Positions 52,134-62,062 of a stretch of DNA of 64,000 nucleotides are shown here, in pieces (the first letter of the stretch is position 1; every line of letters starts with the position of its first letter). Made by a program: the position numbers and the translations under genes. Under the pieces are notes generated by a model that was not told the DNA's origin, ran no database searches, and saw nothing but the letters and a program-made list of their open reading frames with translations. Location: the NCBI GenBank assembly GCA_024704765.1, contig JAKMXF010000343.1, forward strand, positions 186,001 to 250,000, given 5' to 3'. The DNA comes from Oopsacas minuta (taxonomy: Eukaryota > Animalia > Porifera).

Positions 52134-53964
52134 CTAACAGCCCGATTAAGTGAATTCTTCGTTTAGGGTAATCAATTGCCTCATCCCCCGTATTTTATAA
52201 ATACTCTACATACCTGCCAACTCCCGTTATATCGAAGCTCAAAGTAGCGCGATAGTTTTTCGATATAAGAGGAGTCAATATAACCAAGACAAAATATGTT
52301 ACTTTGTGGCCAAATCTGTACATTTCAGGTAAGCAGGTATTTCCATATATACGTGTTTGATATAACGGGAATTGACAGTTTATCGGAATGTACTTATGAA
52401 TATTTTTTCTATTTATAGTATCTGGAAGGCCTATTTATCAACAGGACAAGGAGTATGTTTCCTCGCCCAATCAAATAGCCATACCATCTCTCCACACTCA
52501 TCTACAACGATATCACTCATAGCATTCTCTAACATGTGGGGAGAATACACTGATACTCTATACTGTAAAATTGATGGAATAGAACAAACTTTTTGTTTCG
52601 ATTTCAGAATTAATGTTATCGGTTCTCCGATTAAATTCCACTCCATGCCATCCGGTCAACAACCAATTATTCGTTTTGGCAGTCACCTTTTCGAAAAAGC
52701 TCGAGTCACAAGAAAGATACGTCTCAATAACTCATCACCATGTGATATACGTATAGATTGGCGCGTTTACACACAGATTTCTGACCAATTAGATCACGAT
52801 GTGGTTGATATAGAATTGACTTATGGTAACCCTCTCCCTTCACATTTGCATACAGTAACTTTTTCCGATCAAAATGTATTAGAATCTGATTTAATACAAC
52901 TTTTCGTAAATCCACATGATTCTATCCTTTCTACAGACACTTACACTATAGAACCTGCACAATGTGTTGTCCCTAGAGATGGTAATATCACTTTGGAATT
53001 TATATTCTTTCCTACTCCTGAGAATTTAGCTAAGTTCGGTGAGAATATTAATGGACATGCTCTTGGTTATTTAAGTTTAGATTATCCCCCGGTTCATCTA
53101 GGAAATATTATTAGACCCCAAGGGAAATTTGTCGAACCGTTGAGGATCGATTTTAATGCCGGAATAATTCATCCTAAACTCGAAATAATGCCGGTTAATT
53201 CCCAACTTGAAGAGGAAATTTTAGGATTCGCATTTCCAGCCTCAAAATTAATAAAAATGAATTCACTTGGACAGTTTCAACCTTTCAAATCTTATCAAAC
53301 ATTTCAAGAAATAACAATACAAAATCCAACCAAACAGAAATTGAATTTTGATATTATTTTGCCTTCTCAATTAAACATCGCTGATCTTTCACAAATCCCA
53401 ATAGATACTCTTACAAATCTTTATATTTTAAAACCGAATCAACTTGTAACTTTAACAATAAACTTCGCAATAGAAACGAAACAAATGACTTCATCGTTCG
53501 TAAATGAACAAACAGATTGGGCCATCCAAACCAAGAAAGAACGCAGATACTTAACTTACAAACAAAACATACAAATTGAATTTCCCTCACAACTAACTCA
53601 GCATTTGCCAGTAGAAGCTCGTATTGAATTGCCACTATTAAAAGTGTCAACTGATGCGATAAATTTCGGTTCGATAGATATAGGAGAAGTATTTAGTCAA
53701 CAATTTTGTGTTTACAATTACGCAAGTAAGTGTTACTCAAAATGGAAGGCAGCTATTCGCCCGGACAATTCAATTCTTACTCTTGATTCGGACCATGGAA
53801 TTTTACGTGGATTTGATGAGGGATACGATTACAGTGCTATAACTCTTCTAATTTCGTTCTCACCTTTGGAAGAGAAGGACTATGAGTTTGAAGTAGTTAT
53901 CACTGGTGAATTTCTTGAAATTCCTTTGTATTTGAAAGTACAAGGGAGTGGTAGATACAGGTAA
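41317..53964 (+). CDS. DLEC1: DLEC1/CFAP81 ciliary ASH/Ig-like repeat protein, 5 exons
   Basis: Exons 41317-41564 (RPSS..SQDIAHIL), 41694-41948, 42050-44280, 44873-45194 (LDFGTV), 52419-53964 (SNMWGEYTD..LNNSSPCDIRIDW); all four junctions are phase-compatible GT-AG. Confidence 0.88.
45462..46556 (-). CDS. TRAF-like protein (degenerate RING, TRAF zinc fingers, coiled coil, MATH domain), nested in DLEC1 intron
   Basis: CSVC..CESC RING remnant, CALSERGCEWEGTL..HLEEC, CPYIKYGC..LENH, coiled coil, GIIWTI..GPRF..QWPLTGKCTLILINQ MATH-like region; intronless. Confidence 0.85.
   Translation of the reverse strand: MAEKRSQLDKIEDLIYITTAGTCFKRGGYKMELVIQNLSSLEESLVVCSVCEGIMHNTCSIKGGLAQVCESCVGKETNHQLVGSIRSMIAKISCKCALSERGCEWEGTLGGLVQHLEECDQFILQCPYIKYGCKKELKRGELENHRKEAKEYHTEVVSVFMADKVERLEEEKRQQTIKIEKLESALNEFIQIKDYLKVNGIIWTIKDRHAIVNKIYNLRGQPEIAIAGKVNPYTANYGGDANYSNWNGTNVQGPRFVVHSFYYLYPQLTIQKIPNADLVLQSYNIGECVQYVQWPLTGKCTLILINQINAEDSWTFTIDKFQITNNGYRSEITNIPFDILLDEKYNKDNTLILKILIDPVRPSL
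47939..51757 (+). CDS. KCNT: Slo2/KCNT-type potassium channel, intronless, nested on the same strand in DLEC1 intron
   Basis: 1272 aa; pore DSIWFIIVTITTVGYGDKSP; RCK1 RHVLLCV..DFLNEFY..GSALKERDLERA..DHETMLRA; RCK2 LLPLRAYH..FLEAI..LLDTLLYQ; uncharged S4 as in Slo2. Confidence 0.92.
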   Translation: MTSEKQNSKEVYEFTRYQSVENGSVIRKAPKREETNHTPHIKNFLKTHGFRYLNLLRLIFSVTCCILYILQTMDLPDRNYLYPPRCCGIAEHTTQPCRNDSYKLGTIGWAMRNSGCLHVNNIYIINKDGQSHYAMSRANKGKLSEPIASQQCRRYCNIGDPGCSNDVIDTCRCSIECGDTLYCGKVQCESWHYMKLIFYEKTLWLYILQVLFSLLTMFSAIIQAFSAHFIRRVRTFNLIEPNLFFDCLNGILALASLAYAPCLKDLYIPLFLECFTARMILKQLLYSIDLNNISSKFLTPVIQKTLAALLGLAAILFSFTCVVHYFERVGCPGDSHVTTLFDSIWFIIVTITTVGYGDKSPSTPLGKLSVIFLILIILFFLPKTLASILELINNSKQDYQSYHCRTPKRHVLLCVCKLDLTLIADFLNEFYSQEENIWFNTVVLTAEHVPPAVNILLKSPAWRNKVLVIIGSALKERDLERANIRLAKACFLLPDRITDDARMSDHETMLRASFIQNYAPHIDLYVHIFMAENRMNVNFAKQVLCEGRLKQALMANNCIYPGLSSLLTILMHTTSSAKCGNYKDHSQLYNSCSAMEVYAIILKDSLLFRALAGRTFLCASIFIQRTTEVLVIAVKPADTDQILLNPGRRHTLSGEDTIYYVATEKEENIYKSNHISNEDLQLNMELIMRPSSVKCRDSHYPIGIMEILDKSCTPLCPSLNSHPLNIATIDSTASLFTASSTPDIELAPRACKFRMNSETESPLKNEAKNVNQKPSAFTRQVSKILDNTKQTSQIKVLNTSGEEDINCFTDLLNKQESELTYISLNPRPTYFWVKETVRHICKEPPSLCCLQAGWKVICHEETVPVTSIQQPDEMVDRALFLTGYERPLIVCASESGSQLYEFLLPLRAYHIPTEELIPIVLLLPSIPDTAFLEAISSIPFIKFIVGRPESVDDLLIAGALDATGVILCLGDGVPEIKAEAHMSDASLISTAQNISQIFVNTKIYVELTEIWSMRYLKLENGRMSYTSSKEKNSNWTKPVARGAMDFIHAPYFVSSQAFAPSLLDTLLYQCLQKDYILELVHLFLGLRQTPGSGYIGKVSVTESDIQNFDTYGELILDLAVNNDQLALAIYRTIEVKCENEDTEVNQFSAPNLFLQRRAICLGLANDVFALNSAKNVENCHILVNPPADTPLMSRDIILVINTCSTEQYKIIHRSYSEIRRSSMYPISECSSIADSFSPEITDQSFKFINNSLHNRNSSRPKNGPKNRPQRPK
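52090..52127. repeat. (TA)n microsatellite
   Basis: Pure TA run in the DLEC1 intron. Confidence 0.95.
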
Positions 53965-54459
53965 CTAGTTATACGTTGTTTGTATTGTATTACTGCATTG
54001 TTATTTATCAATTATTTATTCCGTGATGTATTCGTATTATCTTATTATATGTGTATTTATGTGTTTGTGGGAGAATAGTTTATGGTTATGAGGGATACAT
54101 GCAGATCCAAGTTTGGTGCAGTCTCAGGATCTGGCAGACCCGGATTACAAAATCTCAAGCTGGGAAAATGCCCCGTTCCCCGTCTAAGACCACCACTGAT
54201 CCAAGATTTTAGGGTGAGGGGGCTAACAGATGATAGTTGGGAAATAGTCCTGGATTTCAGAACCACTTGAGAAATCAAAACAAGAATTTCTTTTGAATCT
54301 GTATTATTTCATTTCTATGCCCTCTTGGATAGAACTTTTGATAGAAATTCTTGGATTTAATTTGAATTTATTCCATAAACATATATACCAAATTTAACCA
54401 ATTCTGACTGTATGTATTAACATATTTCTTAATAACTATACTACTGTAATTAGTGCTAG

Positions 54460-57400
54460 ATGTCGGGTCAGGATTCTGAACTCATGGTACTCCCAGATGA
54501 TAACACTGATACTGTTAATGAAGGTAAAATTCAAGGTACAGCTAATCAAGAAGAACAGTCTGGTGATACAGATATGCAACCTATGGATGATTCTACATCT
54601 ATATCACCTAACAAGTAAGTCACTAATATTACAGTAATACACTCATAATATATTCATGCTATGATGAATCCATTCTTAAAGTATATTACTGTATTATTTT
54701 ATTGTACAAATCCTTTCGCGAAAGGATTCGCGAAATTCTGGATGATACATATACCATAAAACTCAGATAAGACATACCCTGCCCCTTACGGGAAACAAAA
54801 AGATACTATTCAAGCGTACTTCTTATCCAAATAGGGATTAATTTTTTGATCTGAAACAAGTATGCACTCGAGAAAATAGTTCAATTATAATACTCTATTA
54901 CAGAACAGATGCTCCTTCTTTACCTGTTACATTAACCTCTCCTAAGACACAGGATATCAGAGATATAGGCGAACTAACTAGATCAGGGGGTGGTAAAGAA
55001 GAACCTATGCAGATAGCAGAGCCTACTTCTTCTAAAGATATTTCTACTACAGCTGATAGGTCAGACACTAAAATGGATACAGCAACATCTAAGACACCTC
55101 AACATGTTGCAAATGTTGGTGGTATTAATTGGAAACAGGTGATTAGTTATAGAATAAGAGCAGATATTATCAGCTGATTGTGCTAGTCAACTTTGCTAGA
55201 GACTAAAACTGACTTTTTGCAGTTGGCAAGTACCATAGACTCCACTTAATAATGGTACCAGTAAGCATGTGTGGGTTAATTGGTTCACTAACAAAACCAT
55301 GCAAATAGCTCTGCTTAATCGGCCATACCAACCATGTAATTCCGCTAATCAGGTCAAAATGGCCTTGTCCCGAATTCTAAAGTACCCTATTATGCGGAAT
55401 CCACAGTATATGAAAGAAAGTATTAACTGGGACAGCTAGGATTTTTTGAATTCGGGAATTTGAGCACTATAAGCCATGGACAAACTCAATTTGAAGCAAT
55501 GGCGGAAGCAAAGAACAAATCCCTGTAGCCTACCCAACTGAACTGAGAAATAGTTTATACGTTAGACGTATATGTTTAATAAATATTCTCATACACAGGT
55601 ACCATCTACAACAGGACCTATACCACGTCCCAGGCACGGTCACAGAGCAGTAACTATAAAAGAACTGATAATAATATTCGGAGGAGGGAATGAGGGAATA
55701 ATTGACGAACTTAATGTACTCAATACAGGAACGAATCAATGGTTTGCTCCAGCTACAAGGGGGGAAGTACCGGCTGGTTGTGCGGCGTTTGGATTCATTA
55801 GTGACGGAGTGAGGCTGTTGATATTCGGGGGCATGTTAGAGTATGGACGGTATTCTAATGATCTATATGAGTTGTTAGCTAGTAGATGGGAATGGAGGAG
55901 ATTGACTCCGTTAGGTATGTACTATTGTTATACAGTGGAGTCCTATTAGCAAATCGTACAGTATTTTGCATCATATTATTATGCGACTATTTACAATACA
56001 AAAATGAATGTCCATCTAAACATGTTGGTGATAAGATAGCATCACTAAAGTCAAATTTGTCTATTTAAACTGCAGCCAATTTTGCCAATTCTTATGATGG
56101 CGAAAGCTAAGCATTGAAGGCACAGTCCAAAATATCGTACGAATCCAATTAGGTATTTAATTCAGTAGTAATATTGTCATGGACGTAATCCCCGGGGATC
56201 TGGCCCAAAAATGTACCCAAATTATTTGCTGCCTCCCCAATAATCGTTATCAGCTAATCCCATGAATATTCCCCCCAATTAACAACTGTTTCAGTGACAG
56301 CATTTTGTATTTGTAATAGTGCACAATAGAAACTGATAAGAAAACGACTTGCCGATCGTACGTTTTTCTTGTTTACTAAAATAATATTATTTGTATTTCT
56401 AATCTGGTTTCTTAGGTACTACACCATGTCCTAGACTAGGCCATACCTTCATAATGGTAGACCAGAAAGCTATTGTATTCGGGGGCCTATCCAACGAAGC
56501 TGAGGATCCTAAATCAACAAACATACCCAAATACCTAAACGATCTATTATACATCGAAATAAAAGAGGGAACAACACTAAGTTGGATAGCTCCCTCAATC
56601 TCAGGACAACCTCCATCCCCTAGAGAATCTCACACATCTGTAGCATACTCTGGGAAGAAAGGAGGTGAAAAGAAAATGGTAGTATACGGGGGTATGAATG
56701 GTAAACGCCTGGGAGACTGCTTTATGCTGGACAGCTCAAATTGGACTTGGACAAAACTGGTATTTAAAGGGCCAGTTCCGGTCGCTAGGAGCTTACATAC
56801 CGCGTCACTTATCGGTTCATTTATGTATGTTTTCGGGGGATGGTGCCCAAAAAAAGGGTGTGAAGAGGACCTCCCGAAAGATGTGTCAAAAATGGAATCA
56901 GTCTGGGAGTGTACAAACACGATTTCGCGGTTAAACCTAGATACAATGTCTTGGGAAACTATTGTATGTAATAAAGATGGAAATTCGCCGTTACCAAAAC
57001 CTCGTGCTGGACATTGTGCAGCTGTTGTGGATACACGTGTTTATATTTGGAGTGGAAGAGATGGTTTTAACCGGGGATGGGATGAACAACAAGTTTGTTG
57101 TGATGACCTTTGGTACCTTGAGACGGATATGCCCCCTGCCCCATCTAGGGTCCAACTTGTAAGGGCGGGTACAAACACCCTTGAGGTGTCATGGGGGTAT
57201 GTCTCATCAGCTGATGAGTACCTCTTACAAATACAACTTTACCAAGTTAAGAAAACCTCTGAATCACAGCCAAACCCCACTGAAAAACAACCTAATCCAA
57301 CAGAATGGTATAACGTAGATCAAGTCAAGAAAACTTCTATGTCTGTCTCCAAATACAAAGTTCATGATGACGGTAAAGATAATTTAATTGAATTACAGGT

Positions 57401-57881
57401 AGGAACCGCGTATAAATTTCGCGTTGCGGCTATCAATTCATGTGGACGTGGGCCATTCAGTGAGATGACAGCTTTCAAAACCTGTCTACCAGGATTCCCC
57501 GGAGCACCGAGTACGATTCGTATCACAAAAGTGTCTGAAGGTGCTCAATTAAGCTGGGAACCCCCGGCTAATTCGTTAGGGGATATACAAGAGTATACTG
57601 TGTATCTAGCTGTTAAGCCATCTAGTATAAGTCAACAGACAAATCAGCTGACTTTTGCTCGCGTTTATGTTGGCGCGCGGGCAACATGTGTAGTCAGTCA
57701 GGGTAATTTAGTGAATGCACATGTTGATACTAGTAGTAAGCCAGCTATACTATTCCGTATAGCTGCTAAAAATGAGAAAGGGTATGGTCCGGCTACACAG
57801 GTCCGTTGGTTACAAGAGAACGCTCCCAAGAGACCTGCGGTTGGCCAAGGTGATGACCCCAAAAAATCCAAAAGTAGTTAG
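54460..57881 (+). CDS. HCFC1: Host cell factor (Kelch repeats + two FnIII domains), 4 exons
   Basis: Exons 54460-54614, 54904-55138, 55599-55914 ([18 protein letters not shown]), 56416-57881 ([60 protein letters not shown], basic NLS tail). Confidence 0.93.
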
Positions 57882-59335
57882 CCCCCTTTCAATGCTACAG
57901 CTCTCTTTCACACAAGAACACTTTTTAGGCTAAAACATTCAATTTTAAGGAGTACCACTCACAAATATTTTGAATAAATTTATAATTAGGAATTAGTTTC
58001 AGTATTTAGTTTGTTACGTGCTTTGTAGTATCAATAATAATCTGTCAGGAATGCTTGTCAATATATAAGTTATCTCGAATTATTTGGTTACCCGTGAGGG
58101 TTCGAGGTGGCTGTCAAATGTCAACTGTAGTAGTTTTTAACGTTTTAGGGTTTGTTTCGCAACTTGGCTAACATTGTTGTCTATGGGCTATGGGAGGCGG
58201 GAGAGGCACATAATATTGATAAAGATGTACCTAAATATGTTGAGAAACACTTTAGGGTGTTCAATAGTTCCTTCATTTTGTGAGGGAACTTTTGAACACA
58301 AAACGACAACCTGAAGTAGCATGGTTGCCGTAGGAATGAAAAATCAATTCCTACAGGATTTCCCGTCGGGCTCCAATTGAATTCACACATCATTTTCACT
58401 GATTTTAATTAAATAAATAGGAAATGATATTACCTGTTAGGAGTGCATACGGTTACTAATGAATATCAATTAGTACTAAACCCAAATGATTTCCAGAAAT
58501 AGGACTTCCCATTTTCCCACACGAAATCCTGTGGGAAATCCCACATACCAAATAACATGAATTCCTTATATATCGCGTTTCAAAACCTTATGCCTACATC
58601 GAATTTCCCCCTTAAGTATGTATAATTTATGATACTTTGCTTTATAATATTTAATAATTCATAATATTATTATAATCGAATACATTCAGTTATAAATTTA
58701 GAATCTATAAATATCTGTGCTTGCTTATTGAACAACTGGAGGGGAGGCGTATTTGAGAGGGAGAGAGAATTGTACTTGCTTCTGTTTGTGAGTGGAGGGG
58801 GAGAGGGCTTGTGGCGTCGAATGGAGAGGTGTTAGGTGGTATAGAGACACTACATGCAGGGGAGAAATCAGGTTATATAGTTCAGTTATATTTAAGAATG
58901 AAGATACGAGGTAAATTGAATTGTAAATTAGATTAGGCGGTTGGTCCCTCAGGGGATGCAGCGATTTCGCTGTGAGTGCACTTGGGACACACTCCGTACC
59001 TTTCCCCAACCGCGAGCCTATACGATTGGAGAGTGACAAGGGGAGCATGCATCCCATAATTGGGATGCACCTTCCTAGCTGTTGTACCTATACGTTGCCC
59101 TTGTCACCATTACAGTTACCTAGGCTCTCGCTTCGTTAATTGTATATACATGGCCTACCCAACAGATCCACCCCCCACTTATAAACTGAAAGACCCATCA
59201 AACTTATCCACCTATAACTGAAGGTGTTACTAGTTAGTATCCGCCACCCAAGATCCATAATCCTCAAATAGTTGATCAGGCTAAGAGAGAGTACAGACCA
59301 TGGATGATGAATACCCTAGTGTTACGTGCGTTTCG

Positions 59336-59700
59336 TTTGACGTATTCGATTCGTATTCGATTCGATTCGTATTCCGTATTCGATTCGTATTTCGTATTCG
59401 ATTCGTATTTCGTATTCGATTCGTATTCGTATTCGATTCGTATTCGTAGTCGATTCGTATTCGTAGTCGATTCGTATTTCGTATTCGATTCGTATTCGAT
59501 TCGTATTCGTATTCGATTCGTATTCGTATTTCGTATTCGATTCGTATTCGTATTCGTAGTCGATTCGTATTTCGTATTCGATTCGTATTCGATTCGTATT
59601 CGTATTCGTATTCGATTCGTATTCGTAGTCGATTCGTATTTCGTAGTCGATTCGTATTTCGTAGTCGATTCGTATTCGTATTCGTATTCGATTTCGTTTC
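59336..59700. repeat. Mosaic simple satellite of TTCGTA / TTCGA / TTTCGTA / GTCGA units
   Basis: About 360 bp built almost entirely from these 5-7 bp units. Confidence 0.93.
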
Positions 59701-59808
59701 CGCGACACAACTCGACACAACACCGCGACACAACTCGACACAACACGACACACCACCGCGACACAACTCGACACAGATACGACAACAAACACCACACAAC
59801 ACAACACG
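59701..59808. repeat. Degenerate CACAA / CGACA low-complexity repeat
   Basis: ccgcgacacaactcgacaca occurs several times. Confidence 0.85.
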
Positions 59809-60265
59809 AATCATCTCCTGGGCATCAAATTCACAGGCGCTAATGAATGGTTTATTGGCCGTTTCCATTTCAACGTATGCAAATGGAATCTCCGAAGTAG
59901 TAGGCTGCTCGTAGTTGAATGACAAAGAAGATACGAAGTACTGCCTAGTTATTAATCTCTCCTATTTAAAGTTGGAATATTCTAGAAATGTATCTCTCTA
60001 TTTGACAAGAAATAAGTAATCATATTTGGTGAATGAACCCCATCATTAATTCACACCCTGTAGCCGTTAAGTTGTATTAATTTAAAGTCCACTGAGTGTC
60101 AAAAGTGGTTGTTCACCAAATCATTGCTTATTTGACAAATAAAACGACACATTTCTAAAAAATTCCAACTTCGTGTACTATAATATGTGGCTATTATGGC
60201 ATATATTACACGTAAGTGCTGCGTTACGTTGCTTCGTCGTTATGTTGCGTTGCGTTGATGCGTAG

Positions 60266-60299
60266 TGTATGTATGTATGTATGTATGTATGTATGTATG
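60266..60299. repeat. (GTAT)n microsatellite preceded by degenerate (CGTTG)n
   Basis: Seen directly. Confidence 0.9.
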
Positions 60300-60932
60300 A
60301 AAATATACATAAGAAATATCAAATTAGTTATATTTAGCTCAGCTATACTATAGCACAGTTTTTGTGTATTAGCTTTTCTATGTTCGAGGAAAGGTCATTT
60401 TGGAGATTAATGAAAGTCACATTTGGGAATGAGTGTATGGGGTTTTTGTATTGCAAAAAAACTGTAGTATACTATAGCTAAGCTAGATATAAGGAATCTC
60501 AAAATATATACATCAATACACCTGTGGATGACCTTTGCGCGATGCCCCCATCAATAAGAATACCAAAGGAGTAACATCGTAACCAAGGAAGAGCAAACAT
60601 CAATATCAGGACCAAAAGAGTAAATAACAAACATCAATATCAGGACCAAAGAACACCAAAAAGAGACATACAAACAGATAAACAGTTAATGTTATTTAAT
60701 TATAATAATACCAAAATAAATTCAGTAAAATTTGCTGCAAAATTGTTATAATTAAATATTAATTAACAAACAATCCATATTGATAAATACCAAACACATA
60801 ACAGCGCTATTACACATTTGGAATGTATTAATATGAGTATTGGATGGTAAATTAGTATTTAGTAAACAATAATGAAGTAAATATTTATAAATAATACAAT
60901 ATGACAAGGTGTTTGAATTAATAATATTATTG

Positions 60933-61302
60933 TAGCGGGACAATGAGTAACACATAACAGGGTGTTACTATTAACAATATATGAATCGGGACAATAAGTA
61001 ACACATAACAATATATGAATCGGGACAACCAGTAACACATAACAAGGTGTTACTATTAATAGTATATGAATCGGGACAGTAACACATAATATATGAATCG
61101 GGACAATAAGTAACACATAACAGGGTGTTACTATGAATCGGGACAATAGGTAACACATAATAATATATGAATCGGGACAATAAGTAACACATAACAGGGT
61201 GTTACTATGAATCGGGACAATAGGTAACACATAATAATATATGAATCGGGACAATAAGTAACACATAATAAGGTGTTACTATTAATAATATATGAATCGG
61301 GA
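60933..61302. repeat. Minisatellite with alternating long/short units anchored on ATGAATCGGGAC
   Basis: Anchor starts at 60981, 61015, 61066, 61093, 61133, 61167, 61207, 61241, 61292 (spacings 34,51,27,40,34,40,34,51). Confidence 0.93.
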
Positions 61303-62062
61303 TTTGATAGTCAAATATAATTTTGGCGAAATTTCAAAAAGATGATAATTACTTTAAAAGTGTACATCAAATTCGTAAATAAAATACATTTACAAGTTAC
61401 GTAACAAACTGATTATCCTGATTCCAATTTGAAGCCATGTCAGACATCAATAACAAACAAACAATCACGTTGACATCGATAAAAGACCAACTCAGTCTTG
61501 TAGAGGAGAATCGCGAGTAGTAGAATCTTCGTAACCGGTACCAAATAATATATGAAAAATCCGTTCCTATTTATACTAATTTCTCAGATGCCTGCAAAAC
61601 ACCTGCAAACAATTTCCTGACCACCTGCACCTAGTGCAACACCTGCAATAATTTTCTATGTAAAATATAATACTTTAAGACAGGTTGCAACACCTACAGA
61701 ACAGGTTACAACACCTGCACTATATATGTTACTATAGTAACGGTATAGTATTTGTATTGAATTAATACTGTAATGCAATTTCTATTGAAATTTTAATGCA
61801 AATTTCTATTGAATATTTGGGTTAATATTGCTGTCAATTAATTTGAATATTACCGAATATTTATTATTTATCTGAAGCTAACAATAGAGGGTAGGCTCTG
61901 CTTAACCCCTTCTGTGTACAATTAACCCCTTTCGTGTACAATTATTGTTTATAATTTTTCCTTATATTTCGTATTCATTTAATTCTGTGGCTCATTTTGA
62001 CAGGAGATAAGAATAACTTCTTATAAATTATATTTTCACATATTAGAAGATTTTAATTCTCA

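Noticed and set aside
58717-58735. U6 snRNA start (GTGCTTGCTT) and 5S-like GGCCATACC at ~55321
   Set aside because: Matches stop after 9-10 nt; the 55.3-kb hit lies in a MITE remnant.
59276-59925. Four overlapping 160-214 aa ORFs (RIRIEYE / FVFDSY repeats)
   Set aside because: They result from the stop-poor simple satellite read in several frames.
60859-61266. ORFs of 135 and 73 aa on the minus strand
   Set aside because: Translations of the minisatellite; no start context or domain.
60933-61302. CRISPR-like array (constant repeat with variable spacing)
   Set aside because: Spacers are not unique but variants of one another, the context is a spliced eukaryotic genome and there are no cas genes.
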